From assembly GCA_036172245.1 (NCBI GenBank), contig JAYWIR010000070.1, forward strand, positions 248,001 through 312,000: a DNA stretch of 64,000 nt. The letters run 5' to 3'. The translations under genes were made by a program, and so were the position numbers. Shown piece after piece: positions 1 through 13,307 of this stretch; the stretch's first letter is position 1, and each line of letters starts with the position of its first letter. The notes beneath the pieces were generated by a model that saw only the letters and a program-made list of their open reading frames with translations, was not told the origin of the DNA and did not search any database. This DNA is from Raillietiella orientalis. Taxonomy: Eukaryota.

Positions 1-1891
<1,891 letters not shown>

Positions 1892-1989
1892 TGCTGAAAT
1901 AAAAGCTTGAAATAAAAATCTAGAACAAAGGTTTCAAGCCAGGAGTATCTGGCTAGAAAAAAAAATGGTGATTATTATCTGCCCATTTA

Positions 1990-4900
1990 CTTGATGTTAA
2001 CTATAGACAAATATACCAAAAACTGTAAAAGATGATCATAAGTTTTGCAGTTGGTCATAAAAATTATATCAGTCTGCAAAATAATTCAGAGGCGATGTGA
2101 TTTAATTTTTGACGGATATTTTTGAGAACTTAAAAGAAGGAAAGTAAAACATCATAGAATAAGGCTTGTCTTTTAACCCAAAGGATAGGCTCTCTGGGAA
2201 GCAAAAATTCAACAATCTTGAATACATTGTGCATCTTTACATAAAATTATTAAGTAGCACGTGAGTTTCATGCAACTGCTATAAATAGGTTAATAAATAT
2301 GCAAGCTCTCTTGAAAAATTTTAGTCCTACATAAAAAAAGTAATTGTCCTCATGAGACTAGAGCAAAGTATCAAAACAGTGATTCTACTTTAAATAATAA
2401 ATTCTTGGCATGATAAGCATATAACACTCACTGTTGATAAACTGGACAAATTCTAAACAAAAGCATAAAGGAAAACACAACAGAAACTATGAAAACGTAT
2501 CAGAAATCGTAATGGGGATAAAAAAAAACATTTATAACATAACATCCATCTTAGCTATTTTATTTGTGCACTGAATGGAAAATTCACTCAATATATTACA
2601 TATTCATATTTACCCAACGTTGGGACATTCATACACATGTTGCAGTAAACTGAATAGTATTATGATTTCTTAACAAAAAACACATTTGTGTGCAATATTA
2701 CCTCCTACTATTCCATCAGAAACATCATTTGAAGAAATTGCTGCTTTCTGCAATTCTAACTTGTCAGAATAACAGTCATCTTTGTTTAGGAGATAATTTT
2801 CTTTCTTAAGCGAAATATCATTTCTTGAAGGACAATCAGAGTCTTTTTTTTCTTTTAATTGTATTATGTAATACATTTTATTTGGCACCTACCTAACATT
2901 GTATCTCTGGCACAGCTTACATGTTCTTCCTGATCCATATTATCACAAACTTCATTACATATGTTGCTATATAGTGGTTTACTAAGAATCCACACGGAAA
3001 ATTCAGAATTCCATAATGTGGTTATAGTATGATGAAGGAACTCTGAACAGCTACATAATGTCTAAGAATTTAACATCTTATAGCTTTTGTATACAGCGAC
3101 TCTTGGAAAAACAATTTTACTGAACTTACAAGAATTTTAAAAATTAAAAGACGCTCATCATAGTTTGGTAAGGATGAGATAACTTAAAAAGAATGCTACT
3201 CTCATAAGATGAAACACACCTATAAATAAATCATGGCTCACTTGATTATAATCACATTTGATTCTCCACTGATTTTTAGTTCATCAACTACATTTGATCT
3301 AAAAAATAAAGTTGAAATTAGAAGTTAAAGCACAATCTTCGGTTTTACATATTCAACAAACTCTGGAACAGATATATTTAAATAGTCTCCCTTAAAATAA
3401 CACTATATACACACACACAAACTGACAAAAACACATACACACATACACAAAATTACACAATCTTCTGTTCCAAGACTACCTTTCTTTAACTGACACATTT
3501 ATGTAAATCTGGGAATCTCACATCATGGAATTGGGATATGAAGGAAAACAGGCAATTTTGTCAGTTTTTGAAAAAAAATTTTGAACTCCAATGCACTATG
3601 ATACATGCAATTTATACAAAACAACAAATAATCTAGTGCTTTGAAAAAATGTCACAAACATGTTCACATTTTTGAAAGCATGTTTTAAATACGAGCAATA
3701 CCACTGTCCATTGTTTCAATATGTTTCCATGTACTCTATCCTTCAAGTGTAATGTGTGTACTTGTGTGCCATCCAAACCTAAAGAGATCTCCAAATATTA
3801 ACATAACCAATGTTGGATCATAACATAAAGCAACAATATTCCAAATCATGCAAAAGAATAAAATAATTCTTGATGTTGGTAACAATCCCTTGACATCAAA
3901 TGATACAACTCACAGATGCTCGAACAGTAATTCTGCTGAAATACATTGAATAAGTGAAGAATAAATTGAGATATTAACTGAAATATCAGGCTAGAAGTAA
4001 TGATGTTAGGTTTTATGAATGTTCTTCAAATGCTTCACATGTTAAGATTTGAAACTCTCCAGAGCAATAACACCACAATGTGATTAGTTGGAATGGATCA
4101 AGACTCAATCTATGTTGATTATTATGCAACTAGCCTTTAGACTCTTTTTGACGTATCACAACTTTGTAACCATTCAACATGAGAGCTAACAGCAAACAGA
4201 AGTTTACAGCAATACTTGAAATAAGGACACAACCCAAATTCCAACTCAAAAGCTGAATGGCTAAATGAACTACTATAACTTCTCTTATCTTACTAATAAA
4301 GCAATTCTAGTTTTCATTAGCAGCTTCATTGAGTTCTCCCAAAATAAATTGGTGCAAGCCAACAAAAAAATTCTTACAGAGGGACGATGAATTATTTGTA
4401 AATCTGATCAATTAAGTCAAATTCATGAAATGAAAGTTAGGTTAGGTAATTCTACATAACTGAAGGTTTTACTATAATGACAGCAATGCTAATGTTCACA
4501 ACTATGTATCACATGGAGTATGTGCCTCACTTCAAGGTACCCCGTGAATGTTTACTTATATGTCCACATTCTATTACATTGAGCCAATTTACATTTTACC
4601 TTCTACACCAACTTTAGTTAGAATTCCAAATGTGAACATTTGTCCAAACTACTACACACCATTTATGCCAGTACTGGTGCATCATTTGTGTGTACCACTT
4701 ATATAAGATGTGTCAACTATTACACAATGATACAGAAATTAATTACTCAACACCTTCATCTTTGTTGCACAATGCTTCCTTTTGCACTTGATGATAGACT
4801 TTTTTCTTCAAAACTTCAACATATCCATTACTTCCATGAGATGAATACCATCTTCTTCATCTTTACTAATTAATATTGTTTCATCATCACATATTCAATT

Positions 4901-5950
4901 AAGATAAAATAAAAACATAAAACAATAATGATAACAAGGGCTAAAGAGCATTATGCACCTAAGCAATCAGGTTATGATGAACAATTTCTGTAAAGAAAAA
5001 TGATTTGGAGGAGGAAAACAAGTCTCCCATACCTCTGGCTCATTGATAGTTTTTTGCACTAATGCATGCTTATTCTTGAATAATGCATAATCTTACTAAG
5101 ATAATGTATTGGAAATTTTATTTGGTGATCAAAACGGATATTCATCCTCAGATGTTTTGGGATTTGGATAGATCGTACTTCCATCAAAATTCTGATTCTT
5201 TTTTTTTCACTATCAGCAATAAATCTGTTCCATATTGCATATGAGATATTCTAAGACATACCCAGTATTCAACAAACCTAAATTATTTATGAAACTGACA
5301 TAGAATCTTCAGCCAATAAAGTGCTTAAGATATTCAATTAGAAAGGAAGGCTGCTTTTCATCCATCACACTTGAAATTGCATTTTCATGCTGTCCATATA
5401 AATCATTAGAGACTGAAGGGAAAACACAATTTTGAAATGAAAAAATTGAATCATCTGTGAAGATACAATAACTTGGATCATATTCTCTCTCATTCCTCCA
5501 TGAAAACAGCATCCACCATCATAATGGAACTCGAAAGGAACATGCCCAAAATTATTCCCTCAACTGCATAGAAAATCTTTTCCTCACAAGTGCACATAGT
5601 ATCTCCATCCACATCTATTCTTACACTACTGACATACTGTCTACCTATCAAACATGTACAGCTAACATTGACAACACTTATATAGAAAACAGGAAGAACC
5701 TCAAAAGAAATGCTCACTTATGGATAGTTCTAAAATGAAGTAGAGATGTGTATAATATTCAGCTCTGCTTTGCATCAATTCTCATGAACATGCAGAAAAG
5801 AATGCACACCATTCTATCATGGAAAAGCATGCACTAGTCAACTGCATGCATTAGTATTATTTTACACAAACTTCATGAACAAGGCAACAGCTTCAATGCA
5901 TTCTTTTGCTTCCTTCATATGTAACTGCATGACCTGCTATTGATGTTTGT
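1990..5950 (-). other. Candidate multi-exon gene or pseudogene, weakly Lines (lin/LINS1)-like
   Basis: Repeated short open segments flanked by GT/AG-like signals: AEYYTHLYFILELSI, RQYVSSVRIDVDGDTMCTCEEKIFYAVEGII, LISQFILHLFNVFQQNYCSSICELYHLM, SSLPNYDERLLIFKIL, LEFVQFINSECYMLI (from 2456), SHEDNYFFYVGLKFFKRAC (from 2357), LKNIRQKLNHIASELF (from 2126), TYDHLLQFL (from 2043). The last four recall, from memory, Lines C-terminal motifs in the right order. No complete canonical splice path was found. Confidence 0.3.
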
Positions 5951-7003
5951 GAACTGAAAAGTGATTTTACTATCACTTTATTTTGTGAATAAAAAAAAAA
6001 AGTTCCCCAACGAATGAAGCTTTTTTGCTCACAGAGCAGTCCTGATTACGCTTCAAATATATATATTTTTTCTCTACATTCTACTACCATAGTTTTTAAT
6101 TGCTGTAAATATTGTTGATATGCATAGTGTTTGTGATATACATTATTTAAACGCACATCTATTTGCCTACAAAAAAATGTTGAATGCGCATTTGGATAAA
6201 ACTGGGAGGGTTTCAATACAGAACTTAATTTAACATTCAACTTAAGGAAACAAATGGAAGGTACGTTTGAAACAATCCATATACGTAGTAGGTGCGTGCT
6301 TGTAGAAATGTAGTTACTACGCCTTTCGTTACTGTGGGCAGCAAAACCATCATCGGAAAAAACACAAAACAAAAAACTTAGGGCATGCATATGCCATGTG
6401 CATATGTAGTTTATTGAATCTCCTAATGTACATCGTATACGGAAGGGGCTGTTACCGATGTTGCATCAATGCCAACTTGTCAGAAAATCTTTCCTATTAT
6501 TTCGCCTACACGCAAAAAAACTTTTTCAATGTGGCACTCACATTAAAAACCTGATTCATAACACACATATGCATGTACATGTATTCCAAATTTGAACCGA
6601 CCGCATCCACTGCGTTGAGGTGGGCAGACGAATCTGGAAATTGCTAAATTCCCAAGAGAATTGCATGCAATCAAGTCGGCTGCCATAATTACTTATATAG
6701 GCGTACACCATTAATTTTTGAACAGCACCGATTTACTTTGTCAATAGCTACCACCCAAATGCTGAAATCATACCACAAGATTAATTACAGTTGGTATTTA
6801 CAAACATACCATGGACTTCATGCCAAGATAGCTTAGCTCACAAAGCTTGAAATAATGTACACGTACACTAAATAAAAGTGCTACTAATTATCATAGAAAA
6901 AATTTAAAAAAAAACGAAATATGATGATAGTGTCTAGCATGCAATTTGAAAATGCAAACAACAAACTGATAATTCATTAAAAAAAAATAAATGAAAGCAT
7001 TTT

Positions 7004-8078
7004 AGTACAAATCCTCAGTGTGCTTAAGAGCATCCGCATTCTGAAAGGTATTTTAAACCGTTCCTGAAGGATTTTTAGGTAATTCCAAGCATTCTGGAGA
7101 TCTTCAATATGCTTTGCGGATCAGCATTTTAGCAAAAGCACAAACAAAACGAAAGCTTTCATTTGAGAGGAGCAATTCTTAGCAATACAAGGACGAAATG
7201 GTCTGCAAGAATGTTGAACATTCTCTAAGGATAAGCAGGAAAAAGCAAAAACCCAAACAAAATTTGTTCTTAGAGAGCAGACTTCAAGAAATCAGGAAAC
7301 TGAGGATTTTCAAAACTATAGGCTATGAACAGACTGGAAGTGTGAATGATAAGTTGAGCTTTATGATTTTTAAGAAAACAGCCATAAACGACTCCTGGAA
7401 CAAAAGACGAATAAAAAAAAAGTGGTCTTGAAATGGCAAAGTTTCAACAAGTACGACGGAGATTTTCGGACTGATCCCCAAAGTTGATAGTAGGCTCCAG
7501 CAAAGGAAAGAAACTTATACGGAGTCCCAATCGAACCCGATCGATTTGTGGTCCCCCCCGCCAAAAAAAAAAAAAAAAAAAATATTGCTTTGCCCGCACA
7601 GCAGGCATCGGGAAAGATGCACAGAACAAGACAAGAGGATGGTCATAATTAGCATGGGCAACTGAAGTTTCAAATCAAAAATTCTTAAATAAAAGTTCGG
7701 CTGATAAATGATTGGATAAAGGCTACCCCAAGAGTATTTTATTGTAGTAACAGAGATGGACTTTGCAAAGTAGGAAAGCATCGGGGAAAAAAGAGTTGCA
7801 GATCAGAGTATCCCATGTTGTAAGACACCTTGTTTGAAAAAATAAGCAGCAATCTTTTATGTACGGAAGAAACAAACAAAATATGCTATCAAAAGACTAG
7901 CAATTAAATGTTCAGTGATCTGGCTCTGCTTGTTTTCATAGACACAATATGAAGGCATCAAGTACCAAAAACCGATAATATCCATCAAGTGTGCATTGAC
8001 AACAGCAAAGAGAATCGAAAGGAAGAAAGATAATATTTTAGTGAAGTACATTTGTTTGTACTTCAAAGACGTGTTCAA
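7004..8078 (-). other. Candidate small multi-pass membrane protein gene with an internal repeat (SWEET/MtN3- or PQ-loop-like), structure unresolved
   Basis: Hydrophobic open segments; two similar peptides SYCVYENKQSQITEHLIASLLIAYF (in ORF 7857-8078) and VYGCFLKNHKAQLIIHTSSLFIAYS (after the acceptor at 7395-7396). The family guess is from memory only. Confidence 0.22.
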
Positions 8079-8769
8079 ACAGATAATTGAGCACGAAATT
8101 TATAACTTAAGAAAGCCACATAATATCATAATATATATTAACTATATAATATTATAATGAAGCAATATCTGAATAATTTATCTTTTGGAAAGAAAACAGA
8201 TTTTCAATTACCTCTAGCTGTTATTAACTTTCTAGTAGATCTTAAAAAGGAAAAGAAAAAAAAAAACAATACAGTTAGAATTAATCTTGCATTAACGTTT
8301 GGAGACTCGAGGCTTAGCTCAAAAGCTAGAATATCGAGTGCTAGCTTATGAAACAGTGAATTCATACAGTGGAGGGAAAGAAGTTTTGATTCTATCCAAT
8401 GTAGGTACACAAAATGTAGGATATGACTTTCTGACTTTATACTTGTTTGGAAAAGTATTTTTTGTGTCAAGAGAATATTTGCATCCCGGTGATCTTATCG
8501 TCCCTGTAACGATCACATGCACGGACAGAATGCAGAGGAAGTTTTCCAAGGGTCCTCTGTGATCTTCAGGCTATGCGACTGAGATAAACTGAGATCTAGA
8601 CGGAGAGTGATTAGGAGTTGATGATAAACAAATGATGGAAACTTGAATTCCATTGGCAGTTTACGCAAGCATTTATCCCTTGCCAAGGATATTTAAGCAT
8701 GTTAGTTTCACCATGCTTTGTTGGCATTCCACATACCAATTTCACTACTCTTCCACATTTTTTTGTTCT

Positions 8770-9055
8770 TCATTATATTAATAATAAATAATTGGTATCA
8801 AAGACATTTGGGGTTTAGTATAAATCAAAGCATATTTTAATTCACTTTTAAGATTTAATATAAACAGTATATTTAAAATCAGGTATAAAATTAATGTTAT
8901 CATATAATAAATAAATTATGCATGTGAATATTTTCATGTCACATAATAATATTAAAATTATGTAAATTTATGCTAATATATATGTATATTAGTTAATAAG
9001 TTAATATTTAAAATTATAAATACATATTTTAACTCCAAATTATTTTAGAATAAAA
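8770..9055. other. Extremely AT-rich low-complexity spacer (intron or intergenic)
   Basis: Almost entirely A/T, e.g. ataataatattaaaattatgtaaatttatgctaatatatatg. Confidence 0.7.
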
Positions 9056-11609
9056 GGTTGCCGATAAACTGTGATTTCGTTTACCTCATCTTTCACAAGT
9101 TTGGTGAGTGTCATAATGGAGGGAGTAGTAATGTGCACGAGTACTGATCACACCAGCTCTCCAATTTGCCGGTGAAGATTGCTTAGAAAACATGATTCCA
9201 TAGCGTGCATTGAGAGAGATGCAGAGTTTGAGCAGATGGATACGCAGCACACAGCACACCGGCTGATCGCATCAACTTTCGTGCCCTGCTCTATTCACCA
9301 TGAAGTTTGCAAATAGATTGCTTTTTGCCATTCGAACCTGAAAAGGTGCTCTAGTAGTAATTGAAATATGATGTACAGCGCAGTGCATGGAATTGCTACT
9401 CCAATACAAAGCAGAGAATAAATAAGAGGACAGACACGGATTCACAGCGCGATCGAGCATGCGTGATGGTGACGGAATCCACATGGTTGCCAGTCCCGTT
9501 GCAAGGGTTTTGCCGGTGCCTGATGAGGCCATAACTCGTTCCTGCTGTTTTCCCCATATTTATGGGAGGAACAGCCAAATGAAAATGAAAGGTTTATCAG
9601 GTTTATCTCGAATTTTTCAAAAAATTCTCTTCAATAAATATTCTTAGATTCATTCCACTTTATTGTGTTCATTCTTTCATAAAGTCTTTTTTCACAATTG
9701 AACTGTTTTCCGCTTTTTTTTTCTTCTGAACATCACTAATACGAAACTTCACATGAGCAGGCTTACAGGCTTTTCAAATGTGTATACATCTTCAAATACC
9801 AATTAGTGTTCTCCGTGCACGCCATCTTCGATTCTTGAAACAGATCTTGCAAGGTATCATGCAAACGCCGTCTTAGGGTGATCCCATAGCCAGATGGCCA
9901 AAGAGTGTCAGAATTCTTCCTTGCTACCGGATGATCCCCGAGTCGCCCTTCCCTTTCAAATAGTGAAAACGCTGATCGTTGCCTCAGCAGAAAGTCAACT
10001 GAACCGATGCAGCGGTTTGGAGTTCCATTATTACGATCGTGAACTGCCCTCGGGCGCAATCCATGTTTCTGAGACACCGAGTACACTTAATAGAAAGATG
10101 CACTTTTTACCTGAATCACGCAAAAATCATGAACTGTATCAGGCCCTTCATGTCACAGCCCTAAGTAATCTCGAAATTTCCATCTGTGGACGGTTCATTG
10201 CGCCTCAAACACGTGATTTGCGTTGCTTGTCATCTCACTCTCAGGCAGTTGCGAGTTACATTCTCCAACAGTTTGTACAATACAATCGTTCTCACTTCCA
10301 AATGTACGCTGTACTCGCGGACTTTGCGTACTGGAAATCACATCGTGCTCCTGGAACAGGCACGTCGACTCAGAAATATCGATTCAAGCAGTATTAAATA
10401 TTAATTTTTCTAACACCCTCTTGGATGAAAGTGAAACTGAAAGTATCCGTCACTGCATCCTCCGGCAAAAGTAAAACGCACGCCTCCGTTCGACATCCAA
10501 ACTTTCGTTGTCGCTGAAGGCTTTTCAAAAATGCATTTGTAATAAGGGAGGTGATGGAAGTTGCCGAAAGGGAGACGCTCAGAAATGGTTGATTCTGCCT
10601 TGAAAGAACCCGGCTCGGGCCATCATGAATTTGGGCTTTCCCATCTCCCCGCGATCTGAACCAAAGGAAAGCAACATCTCGTTTGGTTGAATTTCGTCTT
10701 CATTACATGACATTATTGGTTTTAGTTCCCGATCGGTAAACGGCTTTTTTTTTCTGAAACCTTGCCAAGTTCGCTCATCTTCTAAAAAAAAAAGTTCATT
10801 TTTTCCCAACAAAATTCTTCCAAATCCTTCAGTGAATTCCGTACTTATGAATAACATCCATACAGTGCTTACATATGTAAGTATTACATTCACGAGAATT
10901 CATACACATGAATTGCAGAGAATATACATATTTATACAGGTATTCTTTACTTGTGTAAATTTTCTCTTGGACGTTCTGAAGTTTACCCAAAGGAATTGGA
11001 GCAATTTTCGTGGGTCTCCTGCCTTCTCCACTGCCTTTCGACCTCCTCCAGGAGCAAGTGAAAGAGATGCTGTTCACGAAGACGTAAGCTTGGGGCACCC
11101 TTGGTCGCGGTCCCTGGCATCCTTTCTTTCCAGGATTGTTCGTGCCATTTGCCAAGGCGTTCTTACTCTCAATCCCTCCTTCCTTACTACTCGGAGGAGC
11201 TTTTCGGGCGAGGATCATCCACGATCCTTGGGCACCAGACCCTTCTCATTGACATTCTCGAGTTGGAGCTTCCATGTCTCGCCGCCATGTAGCACCTCCC
11301 TCCGGCGAACCTCCGAGGGCACCAAGGAGACGCAGGATAAGTAAGCTGCTCCCTTGGGTCCCTGCCTGCCAGTATCTCGGACGCAGTCGGTGGCAGGAGT
11401 GCTGTGGACTCGTCATCTCTCGCCGTCCACTGCCAGCTTGCTGCAGTCCCGGCCACGTGCCAGTGATGCGTCTCCGGCACCTCTTTGCTCTCGCCTTCGC
11501 AACCGTTCCCTCGATCCCTTCGTAACTCAAACGCTTCGTTTCCAGTCGACAGGTCCGAAATCTTCTCCGGGAATACCCCAAACTGCGAGAGAGCGGCGGC
11601 GAAAACAAG

Positions 11610-11652
11610 ACACACACACACACGAACACAGGCCAGAGAGAGAGAGAGAGAG
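11610..11652. repeat. Adjacent (CA)n and (AG)n microsatellites
   Basis: acacacacacacac at 11610-11623 and agagagagagagagagag at 11635-11652. Confidence 0.9.
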
Positions 11653-11813
11653 CCCGCATATGCCGAGCTGCCAGGCAGCGCGCGCTCCTGAAAAAATTTT
11701 CTGGGTTTTGAGCGCACTGGAGCGGTATCCGCGCATTGGACTCCACTCACGGAGGAAGTCGCTCATCACCTCGTCCGGCCACCCCGGTGTGACCCCGTTC
11801 TCCCTCGCCGCAT

Positions 11814-11825
11814 GCTATCGATAGC
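11814..11825. promoter_or_regulatory. DRE-like palindrome (TATCGATA) near the AT/GC boundary; candidate promoter element
   Basis: Perfect 12-bp palindrome GCTATCGATAGC containing the DRE core TATCGATA (11816-11823), about 160 bp from a GAGA tract. Function is inferred. Confidence 0.3.
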
Positions 11826-13307
11826 CACACATCTGCCATGTGCCTTCTTTACGAGCAGGACAGCATGAGAGAGCGCACCAGCATTCCCGGCGTCTCCCTA
11901 GGGCTCCGTTCTCTCACAGCGGCCGGTCTTTTGGCGAGGGAGGGAGGAATGATCCTGTGATCCCGATCTCCAAGGGAATGCGTGGGCAGTTCCTGCCCTC
12001 CGCTGCTGTCTTCTACTGCTTTGGTGGAAGTCCCCACCGACGAAGCTTCCTTCGGCCTTAGCGGTGTCTGCGGAGGTATCTGCAGCTATGTCCATATGTG
12101 CATGATTCCCTCCACTAAGACGGTACCCGGAAGACGGCGCCCCCCCCCCACCAACGGTTCGATGCGATCGTGTGGGTGACCAGCTCTCTAGAGACCTGCT
12201 GCACAGCAGATGAATCCTCCGGAAAGGGCAGGGGGTAACAATTGGACTTCTTTCCGAGAGTGGAAGCGAGTGTTGGTTGATAATGTAATTAATGATTAAG
12301 AAAGATTAAAGGTAGGAAAATTGAGGATGAAGGAAGGAGAATGGGGGGATCAAAGAGACGAGTCATAAATGGGGTATGAGTCCATCAGCTTATTTAGCTG
12401 ATGGGGTGACAGGCTCACACGCAACAATGAAGCTTTCGGGGTTCGCAACAATGGAGAGACAACAAACAATGGGCCCGTTTTCCCCACGACGACAATGAGA
12501 AAACGGAATGCTCCTGGCGATGTCTAGAAGTTTCGCTAACATAGAATAAAGGCGTATCTCCGTGGAGGAATCCCCCATCTGCAGATCGCCTCATCTTACC
12601 ACTTGTTTTCCTGCTTTCTGGGGGGGCGGGGGAGGAGAGGAGCTGTTTCCCGTCTGTGCACCAGCCATGCCTTCTCCAGAAGCAGGCAGGCAATGTGAAA
12701 AAGAGCAGGAGAAAAGGGGGGATGGAAGAGAATCCGGAGGAAACGGGGGCAAATCGCTGGAGGGGCAGTGTATTCCTTCGGTCCGGATCGCCGGACTCAG
12801 GCTGCGGGCGCGTCACTGCGGATGTTGGTGGGAGGACTCTTCTGCGGACCCTCCGAGGAAAGAGGGGTAGGGAAAACCCGGACGCGCGTTGGCCCTATTC
12901 AGGAGCTGCCGGGGTCGTCGAGTCCGCGGGAGGGTAACCCAAGCGTCGGATGGGTTCCGGAAAAGCGCGCCGTTCCTCCGTGCGTGTTCTTCTCCAGGCT
13001 CCGCCGCCGCCCCGCCGTGGCCTCCGCCGACGGCGTCGTCTCCATCCCGACGCAGGTTCCTCTCCCTCCAAGTAACGGGAAGCACCGCCGAGCATTCGCG
13101 GCAGAGCTCCCAGCACCGTTTTTGTTTGTTTTTTTTTTCTTCTTCCCCCTTTCCTCCTCACTCACCGTGAGCCCCCGCTTGCCTGCAAATTTCTCTTCCC
13201 TCGCAGCATCCCAGGCGGCGGGCGGGCTGGCTCGAGAGCGGAGAGCGATGCTCGCGGCGTCCCGGTGCACGCGCGTCGGTGGTTCGCTTCTCGGCCGCGG
13301 AGTTGAA

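Noticed and set aside
10050..10095. Minus-strand VLGVSETWI, resembling a LINE AP-endonuclease motif
   Set aside because: Isolated motif followed soon by stops; no other APE motifs found nearby.
9894..10397. 167-aa plus-strand ORF
   Set aside because: No recognisable domain or splice context; cannot be supported as a gene.
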